Shown here piece by piece: positions 46,919 through 55,439 of a DNA stretch of 64,000 nucleotides; the first letter of the stretch is position 1, and the number at the start of each line of letters is the position of its first letter. Source of the DNA: a virus; IMG/VR virus record IMGVR_UViG_3300032159_000001; one strand, given 5' to 3'. The notes under the pieces are model-generated. The model did no database searches. It was not told the DNA's origin and worked only from the letters and a program-made list of their open reading frames with translations. Both the position numbers and the translations under genes were made by a program.

Positions 46919-49474
46919 ATGTCAGCCGAAGGCACTGGGCCGGCGAGTAATATTTTCGCCGATAACTGTGATCGATACTGGGACCGCGGTCTCCCAGTCA
47001 TGCCGCTCAAGCGTTACACCTCAAACGGCGGGCCTGAGGGGAAGCCGACCGGTAAAGAGCCCGTCGTCCTGAACTGGCAGTCGCTCCAGGCCCGAATGCC
47101 GAACGAGGCCGAGCGGACGAGCTGGCGCGTCTTCCATCGCAACGGCAACATCGGCCTGCCGCTCGGGCCACAGTCCGGTCTCGTGGCGATCGACATCGAT
47201 ACCGACGACCCGAAGATCATCGGCATCCTGAACAAGGTGCTGCCACCATCGCCGTGGGAGCGCGTCGGTCAGAAGGGGATGGTGCGGATCTACCGCTACG
47301 ACGGCCAGCCGATCATCCGCATCAAGTACCGGGACGAGGCAGGCAAGCTGCAATCCCTCGTCGAGATGCTCGGCGCCGGCTCCCAGATCGTGCTACCGCC
47401 CTCCGTTCACCCCAAGACAGGGCGGCCCTACTGGGCGAACAAGGACCTCGTCGATTGCCTCGACGACGTCCGCTCCCTCCCGCACAACATCGAGCAGATC
47501 CTGCGGGACGCTCTCAGCCAAGCCGGGATGAGCCTCGGGACGTCGACGTTCGGCTCCGTCACCGACTACGTGTCGACCGGCAACCGCGACAACCACCTCG
47601 TCGGGCTCGCCGGCCTGTTCGCGCGCAACGTCGTGAAGGGCGAGAAGACCCTGAAGGAGGCGCTGACGGAAATCGAGGTCGCCGCGGCGACCTTCATCGA
47701 GCGCACCTACGGCGACAACATCGACCCCAAGAAGGGGCCGACGAAACTGATCGAGTTCCTGATCCGCGACGTGACGGGTCCGAAGGCCCACGTCCTGCCG
47801 AAGGGTTGGGATGAGGGTGTGACCGACGCGGAGCGTGTGGCTTGGGGTCTCGACGCCTTCACGAAGGACAATGAGACCTGGGACTGCGGCCAGATCCTCG
47901 ACTACTTCAACGCTCACATCGAGAAAGCCGGCGTCAAGGACAACACCGAACAGTTCACCAGCGTGGTCAAGCTCGTCCTCAACCGCGTCGCCGCCAGCAC
48001 CTCTCTCGATCCGATCGAAGAGGACCATATCGTCAACTACGTCGCCCAGGTCTCGGGCAAGAGGTTCAGCGCTGCCTCGGTGCGCCGGCAGCTCGCCAGT
48101 CTACGCGCCGGCCCGATCACGGGCGCGAACCACGCCGAGATCGCCGAGGCGGTCATCAAGGATCTCGAAGAGCTGGGCGGTCCCATCCGCTTCCACAACG
48201 ACACGCTCTGGCAGTACGAGGGCTCATCCTGGAAGAAGATGGACGAGGCGAAGGTCCTCCAGACAATCATCCGGGACTACGGCAAGACCCACAAGGCGGC
48301 TGGCCGCGCAACGGACCACCAGGGCATCCTCCGTACGATCCGGGGCCTGGCGGTCGGCGAGCTGCAAGAGGTGGCCGTCTCCGGCATCAACTTCGTCAAC
48401 GGCTTCCTGACCGAGGATCTGGAGCTGAAGCCACACGATCCCGCCTACGGGATGACCTACACGCTTCCCTACCCCTATCTGCCCGAGTCCGCCGGCAAGG
48501 CCACCCGCTGGCAGCAGATGCTCGTCGACTACTGGGGCAGCGACCCAGACTTCTCCGAGAAGGTGACGGCCCTCGGCGAGGTGATGGCGCTGACGCTCTT
48601 CGCCAAGATGACCGAGGTGCAGCTGGCCGTCTGCCTCTACGGCGTCGGGCACAGCGGCAAAAGCCGCATCATGGAAATCGTCCAGGCATTGATGCCGGCC
48701 GAGGCCCAGACCTCGCTCCCGCCGACGCTGTGGGGCGACAAGTTCGGGCCGGCGCAGCTCGTCGGCAAGCTGCTCAACTTCGCGGGCGAGCTGTCGGAGA
48801 CCCAGCTCATCGACAGCGCCAAGTTCAAGCAGATCGTCGAGGGTGCGGTCATCGAGGCCCAGGAGAAGAACCGGCCGATGTTCAATTTCCGCCCCCGGGC
48901 GGCGCACTGGTTCGCGAGCAACCACACCCCCAAGTCCAAGGACAGCTCGGATGGCTTCACCCGGCGGTGGCTGTTCCTCTGCTTCACAAAGGCGTTCCCC
49001 GAAGGCCCCCGAAAGATCCTCGAGTACCACAAGGTTGTCATCTCGGAGGAACGCGAGGCTATCGCCGCCTGGGCCGTTCAGCACATGGTTCGACTTCGAC
49101 ACGAAAACTTTAAGATCACGGACCCACCATCATCTATGGAACAGCGGGAGGCGCTTGAAAACGAGCTGAACAACGTCCGGGATTTTCTAGTCGGTCTCCG
49201 GGAACAGGGTCGGATGATCCTGGGGGCCGAGGCTCATCAGAACGTTTCCGACCTGCACAACTACACGCCATTGAGCACCCTTTTGACCGAATACAAGACC
49301 TATTGCCTCGGTCAGAGTGTCTCCCCTGCTGGATCGAAAACGCTCGAGAAGCGTATGGCGCACCTGCAGGGTCAATTCGGTTTCAGGAAGGACACGGTTA
49401 TTGGAGCTGCGGGCCTGCCGATCCCAGTATATCGCTTCCTCACACTTGTTCATCAAAAGAAGGCAGTTGCGTAA
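46919..49474 (+). CDS. Primase-polymerase / SF3 helicase (Prim-Pol plus D5/P4-type)
   Basis: NIGLPLG, VAIDIDTD, QIVLPPSVHP, GNRDN, INFVNG, Walker A GVGHSGKS, NFAGE, ASNH. Confidence 0.92.
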   Translation: MSAEGTGPASNIFADNCDRYWDRGLPVMPLKRYTSNGGPEGKPTGKEPVVLNWQSLQARMPNEAERTSWRVFHRNGNIGLPLGPQSGLVAIDIDTDDPKIIGILNKVLPPSPWERVGQKGMVRIYRYDGQPIIRIKYRDEAGKLQSLVEMLGAGSQIVLPPSVHPKTGRPYWANKDLVDCLDDVRSLPHNIEQILRDALSQAGMSLGTSTFGSVTDYVSTGNRDNHLVGLAGLFARNVVKGEKTLKEALTEIEVAAATFIERTYGDNIDPKKGPTKLIEFLIRDVTGPKAHVLPKGWDEGVTDAERVAWGLDAFTKDNETWDCGQILDYFNAHIEKAGVKDNTEQFTSVVKLVLNRVAASTSLDPIEEDHIVNYVAQVSGKRFSAASVRRQLASLRAGPITGANHAEIAEAVIKDLEELGGPIRFHNDTLWQYEGSSWKKMDEAKVLQTIIRDYGKTHKAAGRATDHQGILRTIRGLAVGELQEVAVSGINFVNGFLTEDLELKPHDPAYGMTYTLPYPYLPESAGKATRWQQMLVDYWGSDPDFSEKVTALGEVMALTLFAKMTEVQLAVCLYGVGHSGKSRIMEIVQALMPAEAQTSLPPTLWGDKFGPAQLVGKLLNFAGELSETQLIDSAKFKQIVEGAVIEAQEKNRPMFNFRPRAAHWFASNHTPKSKDSSDGFTRRWLFLCFTKAFPEGPRKILEYHKVVISEEREAIAAWAVQHMVRLRHENFKITDPPSSMEQREALENELNNVRDFLVGLREQGRMILGAEAHQNVSDLHNYTPLSTLLTEYKTYCLGQSVSPAGSKTLEKRMAHLQGQFGFRKDTVIGAAGLPIPVYRFLTLVHQKKAVA

Positions 49475-49554
49475 CAATCAGGCGGGACGTTTGGCGCCGG
49501 ATCCACGCTGCCAGCAAAGCTGCAAGGTTGCTTCGGAACAGGAAAGATTGACTT

Positions 49555-49911
49555 ATGCACGACCAACGAAGTAGGTACGATACGTACCATGGTGGCGACC
49601 TTCCGCCTGTCAACCACATGGAGCTAGGCCGGCAGGAGCCGTTCTGCTTCCCGGATCGACGACGGGATCCCTTCGATGTGTTGGCGGAAACGAGCAACGT
49701 GCTGCTCTTCGACCAACCGAAACTGACGCTCGAGAGCCTCGAACGCCTTCTCGACGAGATAGGCCCACTGCCGCTGCCGTTCCCGTGGGAGGACCCGGAC
49801 CACACCCTGTTTCTGGTGCCGCCGACTCCGAAGCTCTCGGAGCTGGGGATCGAGATCTACTGGACGGACAACCAGGGGCGCACCCGAGGTCCTGATGGTC
49901 GGGTGCTCTGA
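49555..49911 (+). CDS. Hypothetical protein
   Basis: Start uncertain (49555 or 49618); stop coupled to the next gene. Confidence 0.55.
   Translation: MHDQRSRYDTYHGGDLPPVNHMELGRQEPFCFPDRRRDPFDVLAETSNVLLFDQPKLTLESLERLLDEIGPLPLPFPWEDPDHTLFLVPPTPKLSELGIEIYWTDNQGRTRGPDGRVL
49574..49588. promoter_or_regulatory. Motif A downstream of the primase
   Basis: GGTACG-ATA-CGTACC. Confidence 0.75.
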
Positions 49912-50147
49912 TGGCGGTATTCGAGATCACGAGCCGCATCAGCCGTCGGTCGCTGCGAAACCGCTCCCGGCGCCGTCTTCAGGAGCTGTGCGACCAGTTG
50001 CGGTGGGAGGAGGAGGACCTCCTCCGACGCCTTCACGAGGTCCGCGTGGCGGGCCGGACCAAGGACGAACTGATCGAGCTGGTCCTGAAGCAGCTCTCCC
50101 GCAACGCTCGAATGCGGCAAGCACTCGACAAGCGATCTGCCACCTGA
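49911..50147 (+). CDS. Small basic hypothetical protein
   Basis: Coupled start; 78 aa. Confidence 0.6.
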   Translation: MAVFEITSRISRRSLRNRSRRRLQELCDQLRWEEEDLLRRLHEVRVAGRTKDELIELVLKQLSRNARMRQALDKRSAT

Positions 50148-50166
50148 GATCGAAGGGGGTTTCCAC

Positions 50167-50571
50167 ATGGACACCACACCGATTACACCGCACCTCGCGG
50201 AAGAGCCCGGGTTCGAGAAGCGCATGGCGGCGAAGAAGCCGAAGCCCCCGGCGCTGAGCCCAGAGATGACGCGGTTCGTCGCGTCCCTGCCGGTATTCCC
50301 AGACGGAGCTGCGGTACCGCTCTCGCCCTACAAGGAGACCAAGCTTTTCGACGAGGCACAGGCCTACGCGGTCGGAGCGAAGGCCGCAGCCGCCATTCAA
50401 GTGCCGAAAGCCGGTGAGCTGCTCGACGTCCTCGGCGCCGAGTGGCGGGCCAAGCAGGATGCCCTGCTGGCGAAGTGCCGGATGGCTCTTGAAGCAGGGC
50501 AACGCGTTGTCCTGACAGTGAACGGCGCCGTGGTCGCCGTCTACGATCCCCACCAGAGGAGTGAACGATGA
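50167..50571 (+). CDS. Hypothetical protein
   Basis: GGGGG SD; coupled to the next gene. Confidence 0.65.
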   Translation: MDTTPITPHLAEEPGFEKRMAAKKPKPPALSPEMTRFVASLPVFPDGAAVPLSPYKETKLFDEAQAYAVGAKAAAAIQVPKAGELLDVLGAEWRAKQDALLAKCRMALEAGQRVVLTVNGAVVAVYDPHQRSER

Positions 50572-50963
50572 AGACCGAGATCAAAGACGAAGTCGGAGTG
50601 ACGATGGCGGGGCCGGACAATCCTGCGCTGGCCGCCGCCAAGGCCCGGGATCTGGGTGGCGACGCCTACCTTCGGTACACCGACGAGTGCCGCTCCCGCG
50701 GTGAGCATGCGCTCTGTCACGAGGACTGGGCCGAAGGGCACGGAGGCAAGATCGACCCCAGCAGGATCACGGTCGGACGAGCGGTCCTCAGCACGGGCTC
50801 TGTGGGCGACGTCAGCCGGCTCCAGGCCGGGATCTTACCCGCCGGTCAGCTCTCGGTGTCGGACGCCATGGTCGAGCGGGCTCAGCGTGAGGGTGCCGAC
50901 TGCGGTCAGCTCTTGGACAGGCGCGTGGTGCGCGCCATGTTGGAGGCGGCTTTGCGCGGCTGA
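50568..50963 (+). CDS. Hypothetical protein
   Basis: GAGGAG SD. Confidence 0.7.
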   Translation: MKTEIKDEVGVTMAGPDNPALAAAKARDLGGDAYLRYTDECRSRGEHALCHEDWAEGHGGKIDPSRITVGRAVLSTGSVGDVSRLQAGILPAGQLSVSDAMVERAQREGADCGQLLDRRVVRAMLEAALRG

Positions 50964-50970
50964 CGCGCAT

Positions 50971-50985
50971 GGTACGAAACGGACC
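50971..50985. promoter_or_regulatory. Motif A (1 mismatch)
   Basis: GGTACG-AAA-CGGACC. Confidence 0.7.
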
Positions 50986-51011
50986 ACAAATCCCGGAACA
51001 GGAACAAGACC

Positions 51012-51299
51012 ATGGCCAAGCACGCACACGAACTCGAGGCCGCCGGTGAGCCGCGCTGGCGGGCTCGCATCAAGGACAACCTGCTGCTCGTAACCGATCT
51101 CGCGTCGGACGAGGAGTTCCAGGCAACCGCCTACACCGTCGAGGGCAACACGATCCGCTTCTCGCTGCCCGGCGACAACGGCCTGCGTACACTGCAGGCA
51201 AGCGATCCCGGTTTTGAGGCCTTCAAGAAGGTCATCGACAAGACTCCGCTGGCCGCAGAGGGTGAGAAGCCGGCCACGGTGAAGGCCTCTGCGGCCTGA
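51012..51299 (+). CDS. Hypothetical protein
   Basis: Preceded by motif A, followed by a terminator. Confidence 0.7.
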   Translation: MAKHAHELEAAGEPRWRARIKDNLLLVTDLASDEEFQATAYTVEGNTIRFSLPGDNGLRTLQASDPGFEAFKKVIDKTPLAAEGEKPATVKASAA

Positions 51300-51324
51300 T
51301 TTCCGGTCGAAATCGAGTGAAATT

Positions 51325-51345
51325 GGCCCCGAAAGGGGCCTTTTT
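51325..51345 (+). terminator. Intrinsic terminator
   Basis: GGCCCC-GAAA-GGGGCC-TTTTT. Confidence 0.85.
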
Positions 51346-51474
51346 CATGTAAAATGAGCCTGTTTTGGTGATAAATCAGCTTTTTCAAGCAAAAACCCCG
51401 CACAAGGTCTTAACCTCATGCGGGGCTTCTGGGGCCTGAACTGCGAGGGGTGCGCAGTAACCCTCAGATGGGCG

Positions 51475-51717
51475 TCAGTCGACGAGGGTGCAAGTGCCGG
51501 GGCGGGCGCTGCGGTTGAGGGGCTTCAGGCCGCCCTCGCGATGCTCGACGGTGTCGATGAAGACGCTGTAGCCGCGCGTTCCGGGCGTGCCGGCCTGGCG
51601 AACGCCCGTGATCTCGGCGGTGACGTCGGCGGCACCCCGGCCGGGAGAGAAGCGCACCTTCTTGCCCACCGGGAACTCCTTCTCGAAGTCGGCGAGGGTC
51701 TTCTTGGGATTGGCCAT
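51475..51717 (-). CDS. Small basic beta-rich protein (SH3/KOW-like)
   Basis: AGGAG SD; FPVGKKVRF; divergent from parA. Confidence 0.7.
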   Translation of the reverse strand: MANPKKTLADFEKEFPVGKKVRFSPGRGAADVTAEITGVRQAGTPGTRGYSVFIDTVEHREGGLKPLNRSARPGTCTLVD

Positions 51718-51776
51718 GATCGTGTCTCCTGGGCTCTCATGACGTTCGATGACGTCTCAATTGGCTCCGTGAAGAT

Positions 51777-51791
51777 GGTACGATATGTACC
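51777..51791. promoter_or_regulatory. Motif A (1 mismatch) in the divergent region before parA
   Basis: GGTACG-ATA-TGTACC. Confidence 0.7.
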
Positions 51792-51881
51792 AAGCGCAAG
51801 AGGCTCCATGTCGAAAATTTCGAGGAAAATCCCCTTGATCTTCACTTGGAAATCGAGTGAAGCTGGGCGCGGTCTCATGTG

Positions 51882-51908
51882 CTTTCCACGTGGAAAGCCG
51901 GTGGAAAG
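51882..51908. promoter_or_regulatory. Candidate centromere/operator of the par cassette
   Basis: Perfect palindrome CTTTCCACGTGGAAAG (51882-51897) plus a third GTGGAAAG 11 bp downstream, just before parA. Confidence 0.55.
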
Positions 51909-51916
51909 GACTTGAG

Positions 51917-52567
51917 ATGATCGTGCTCGTGGGAAACACGAAGGGTGGGGTCGGGAAGACCACGCTTGCTGTCCAGATGGCCATCGCTCGGGCTCGTGCG
52001 GGTCGACGCGTCTGGCTGGTCGACGGCGACAGCCAGGCGACGGCGCAGGCCGCGATCCAGATCCGCGCAGAGGCCGGGCTTGAGCCCGAGATCGTGTGCT
52101 CGCTCTACCCGGACGGGAAGATCCTCCGACAACAGGTCCGCCTTCAGAAGGACAACTACGACGACGTCATTCTGGATGTGGGTGGCCGGGACACACTGGC
52201 GCTCCGCGCAGGGCTGTCGCTGGCCGACGTGGCGCTCGTGCCGTTCGCACCGGAGAGCTTCGATCTCTGGGCGATGCAGAACATGGCCGACGTCGTGGAC
52301 GAGATCGGCGCAGAACGCGACGGCCTGGTCACCTACGCGGTCCTGAACAAGGCCGAGGCCCGGTCGGCCAGCGTCGACAACGCGGATGCTGCAGAGGCCG
52401 TGCAGGAGATCCCGACCTTCACCTACCTCGACCTGCCTCTGGTGAAGCGGAAGGCCTTCTCGTCGTCCTCGGGCGCCGGCATGGGCGTCGCCGAGCAATC
52501 GCCGGTCGACCCGAAGGCGATCGCCGAGCTGGATCGTCTCGTCGCCCGCGTCTTCGAGGAGGCTTGA
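51917..52567 (+). CDS. parA: ParA partition ATPase (short, type Ib)
   Basis: KGGVGKTT, VDGDSQ, ILDVGG, VP..P..FDLWA, VLNK; no N-terminal HTH. Confidence 0.93.
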   Translation: MIVLVGNTKGGVGKTTLAVQMAIARARAGRRVWLVDGDSQATAQAAIQIRAEAGLEPEIVCSLYPDGKILRQQVRLQKDNYDDVILDVGGRDTLALRAGLSLADVALVPFAPESFDLWAMQNMADVVDEIGAERDGLVTYAVLNKAEARSASVDNADAAEAVQEIPTFTYLDLPLVKRKAFSSSSGAGMGVAEQSPVDPKAIAELDRLVARVFEEA

Positions 52568-52568
52568 G

Positions 52569-52829
52569 ATGGCCATCACGCGCAAGCCCAAGCGGGAGAT
52601 GTCGGACGAGGCCTTCGAGCGGATCGCGGGTGGTGCGATCGACGGCACCACGAAGAAGCGCGAGCGCGGCAAGGGCTACGCGATGGGCCACAAGCGACAG
52701 ATCACGCACATGATCACGCCGGTACTGCTTGATCAGGTCGATGCCGAGGCCGAGCGGTGCGGGGAAGCGAGGGCGACCGTCATCAATCGCTTCATCCGCG
52801 AGGGTCTCGAGCGGAAGAAGGTCACTTGA
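52569..52829 (+). CDS. Ribbon-helix-helix partition partner (ParG-like)
   Basis: Flexible N-terminus; RQITHMITPVLLDQVDAEAERCGEARATVINRFI; directly after parA. Confidence 0.8.
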   Translation: MAITRKPKREMSDEAFERIAGGAIDGTTKKRERGKGYAMGHKRQITHMITPVLLDQVDAEAERCGEARATVINRFIREGLERKKVT

Positions 52830-53193
52830 GGTTGGCCAGCTCCGGGAACGGGCCGTAGACGACATTGTCGACCCAGCAGGTCTTGGTCGATACAGCGTGG
52901 CGCCAGTCCCCGTAGACGAGCCCGGTGGGCGTGCGGACGAAGACCAGCGTGTCGATGCCGCCGTAGGCCCCGTAGCCGTTCTTGGCGTTGTAGCGCACGC
53001 AGATGCCGGCGGGGATCGTCCGGCCGGCGTCGCCTGTCAGCGGGCGCACCTCGCTGATGCCGGTGGACCGGATCGAGTAGGGGTCCCGCAGCGTCTGCGT
53101 CATGTAGTCGACGATCCAGGCCCTCTCGGCCTTCGTCACCGGCTCGGCCGCGACGGTCGTGGTGAGGGCGAGGAGGACGATCAGGCTGCGCAT
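52822..53193 (-). CDS. Secreted/periplasmic protein
   Basis: Signal peptide MRSLIVLLALTTTVAA; LRDPYS..CVRYNAKNGYGAY; alternative GTG 53202. Confidence 0.75.
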   Translation of the reverse strand: MRSLIVLLALTTTVAAEPVTKAERAWIVDYMTQTLRDPYSIRSTGISEVRPLTGDAGRTIPAGICVRYNAKNGYGAYGGIDTLVFVRTPTGLVYGDWRHAVSTKTCWVDNVVYGPFPELANLK

Positions 53194-53472
53194 GTCGATC
53201 ACATAGCAGGGCAGGGGACTTCTTGGGAGCCCATCCAGAGGCTTGGTGCGCAGGCTCGATGCAGGCTCCAGGGGGTGACTTGGTGCGGTTGCGCTCCAAG
53301 TCTAGTAGTGCTAGCACTCAAATATTGGAAAGTTTAGAAAACGCGTTGGGCACATAGAGATATAGGTGCGGCACACCAATTCACAGAAAAGCACCCACCC
53401 ATTGCAAGTAACACTTGACAGTGATTACTTTGCAACACCTCAATCTTTGGAAGATTATTCTATAAAAACATC

Positions 53473-53501
53473 TTGCACCCTGAGCTTGGACAGGGTAAAA
53501 C
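53473..53501 (+). promoter_or_regulatory. Candidate sigma70-type promoter
   Basis: TTGCAC-N17-TAAAAC in an AT-rich intergenic region, about 90 bp before the next ATG. Confidence 0.4.
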
Positions 53502-53547
53502 CTGAATGTGCCCTCATATAGAGGGAGCAGGGCCCAGGCCCTAACCG

Positions 53548-53562
53548 CCATATCGGATATGG
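53548..53562. promoter_or_regulatory. Motif B palindrome
   Basis: CCATATC-G-GATATGG (19-bp palindrome with flanks). Confidence 0.8.
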
Positions 53563-53588
53563 CGCCAACCCGAAGCGGAGAACACAAG

Positions 53589-54314
53589 ATGGCACTCAAT
53601 AACGCCGCTGTCGCGGACATTGGTTTCGCGTCCCTCGTCGGTGCGGAGAGCATGAAGCTGCACGCCTATAGTGCATTCACTCTCCTCTTCATCATCAACC
53701 CCGGCACGGATACGAAGTTGATCCGGCGCCACCTGTCGGTGCGGGCCGCCGAGACTGGCGTCATCGCCAAGAACACATGGGAAAGCTACGTCAAGGGCGT
53801 GGAGACGGCGGCCGGCATGTTCCGCACCCATGCGCCCGACGAGGTGGCGACCATATCGGATATGGGCGCCGACGAAGCGGTCGACGCCGTGAGGCAGCTT
53901 TACGAAGGGCTGAACATTCTGTCCGGCTCCGACATCCGGGCGTGGGCAACGGCCGGCGAGTTCCTGCCCCTCGATAAGGCGGCGGCCAAGGCGGCCAAGG
54001 TCGAGGCTAGCAAGGCCAAGGCGCTGGCCAAGGGCGCCGCCGCGGCAACCCTGTTCTTCGCCAGCAACGCGGCAGACAGCGCGACCCTGCCCGACGCCGC
54101 GGCCCCGGTAAGCGCCCTCTCCGGCATCCTCGCGGCCATCGGCGCCCTCGGCCATGCCGATGCGCTGGAAGCCATGGCCGCGCTCAACGCCCACATCGCC
54201 GCCCTCGACAAGCTTGTCGCCGATGCCCCGGCGCCAACCACGGCCCCGGTGCTGGCCGACGACGCCACCGTCGCCGCCCTGTCGGCCCTGGGGCGCGTCA
54301 AGCGCGCCGCCTAG
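53589..54314 (+). CDS. Ala-rich hypothetical protein
   Basis: GGAG SD; first gene after the AT-rich region. Confidence 0.75.
   Translation: MALNNAAVADIGFASLVGAESMKLHAYSAFTLLFIINPGTDTKLIRRHLSVRAAETGVIAKNTWESYVKGVETAAGMFRTHAPDEVATISDMGADEAVDAVRQLYEGLNILSGSDIRAWATAGEFLPLDKAAAKAAKVEASKAKALAKGAAAATLFFASNAADSATLPDAAAPVSALSGILAAIGALGHADALEAMAALNAHIAALDKLVADAPAPTTAPVLADDATVAALSALGRVKRAA
53851..53865. promoter_or_regulatory. Motif B (intragenic)
   Basis: CCATATC-G-GATATGG. Confidence 0.65.
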
Positions 54315-54434
54315 GCCCCAACCCCGCCGGCGGCCTCCGTGGCCGCTGGCGCCCCCTCTCCGTGCCCGCGTGCCCGCATCTGGCCACCGGCTAGGTGCGC
54401 GCTCGTGCGTGCGCGCTCGGCGCTGCGCACCAAG

Positions 54435-54449
54435 CCATATCGAATATGG
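54435..54449. promoter_or_regulatory. Motif B
   Basis: CCATATC-G-AATATGG. Confidence 0.75.
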
Positions 54450-54486
54450 CGATCCTCTTCTCATCCATGTCCAGGAGCACGGCACC

Positions 54487-54837
54487 ATGGCTCACGCCAA
54501 TCCCGAGTTCGCGCTTGCGCGCCGCGCTCACCTCGACGGCCCGACCGCGCACCGACTTCCTGGCCCCGAGTCGCTCGCCGCGCTGCGCGCACGCATGCGC
54601 GAGATCGGCCAGCTGATCGCGATCGACTATCCCGTCGATCCCGAAGAGCGCGAGGCATATCGGCTATGGCGCGCCACGGTCCGTCAGCAACGCGCCTGCG
54701 CCGCCCGTGCCCGTCAGCTCGCAGATGCTCTCGCGGAGCCCGTAGGCGGCATGCACGCCGGCACGCGCCGCGGCGAGGTCTTCGTCCCGCCCTCGGTGCG
54801 CGGCACCGGCCGCGTCAAGCGATGGGCCGCGTCCTGA
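54487..54837 (+). CDS. Hypothetical protein
   Basis: AGGAG SD. Confidence 0.65.
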   Translation: MAHANPEFALARRAHLDGPTAHRLPGPESLAALRARMREIGQLIAIDYPVDPEEREAYRLWRATVRQQRACAARARQLADALAEPVGGMHAGTRRGEVFVPPSVRGTGRVKRWAAS

Positions 54838-54898
54838 TGGAGGATCGCCCATACGACGCAACAGGCCCACCGAGATCTCGAACCGATGAGGGTCCGAT

Positions 54899-54988
54899 AT
54901 GAAAATCTTCCTGTTTTTTGACGCCTGCCTCGCGACTTGGTGCGCGCTGATCGAGTGGATCGCGCCGGGCCTGCCGGGGGTCGGCTGA
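54899..54988 (+). CDS. Possible 29-aa hydrophobic peptide
   Basis: MKIFLFFDACLATWCALIEWIAPGLPGVG; GAGGG upstream. Confidence 0.3.
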   Translation: MKIFLFFDACLATWCALIEWIAPGLPGVG

Positions 54989-55042
54989 CGCGCGTATTTC
55001 GGCCGGATAGGTGCTGAGCGCACGCGGTCGAGACCCGGTTTT

Positions 55043-55057
55043 GGTGCGGAACGTACC
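55043..55057. promoter_or_regulatory. Motif A (1 mismatch)
   Basis: GGTGCG-GAA-CGTACC. Confidence 0.65.
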
Positions 55058-55125
55058 ACTAGTAATGGCCCGATTTATCACCATATTTCGGTGCGGAGGG
55101 CCGCTTTTTCGGCTACGGACCAAAT

Positions 55126-55169
55126 CTAGTGCTAAGTGGGGTGCTTAGCACTAGGTCGGCTAGTGCTAA
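55126..55169. repeat. Inverted repeat plus third half-site
   Basis: CTAGTGCTAAG-N7-CTTAGCACTAG, then CTAGTGCTAA. Confidence 0.8.
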
Positions 55170-55272
55170 CTGACTTGGTGGACCTCTATTAAGTCTTTCT
55201 TTTCTCTTTTCTTTTTCCCTGAAATGAAATCTAGTGGGAGAAAAAGAGCTATTGAAAGCATCACGGTCTCGA

Positions 55273-55310
55273 ACATTGCTGCAATGTTCAGGTCTACATT
55301 GCAGCAATGT
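55273..55310. promoter_or_regulatory. Motif C, tandem pair
   Basis: ACATTGC-T-GCAATGT (55273-55287) and ACATTGC-A-GCAATGT (55296-55310). Confidence 0.75.
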
Positions 55311-55439
55311 ATATGTCTCCCTAGGGGGTCAGTTGGGACTTTTATACCACTAGGCCCACACCAAGTTCTTTTCCGGGTCTAGAACCACCCCTCGAGACGA
55401 GGCGCGGAAACGACCGCGACACGCGAAAAAAGACCGCGA

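Noticed and set aside
53430-53443. FNR/FixK-like box TTGCA-N4-CTCAA
   Set aside because: Only 7 of 10 consensus positions match in an AT-rich stretch; single occurrence.
55126-55154. Protelomerase (telRL) site of a linear plasmid prophage
   Set aside because: The arms are short and separated by a 7-bp spacer rather than forming a long perfect palindrome, and no protelomerase gene is visible.
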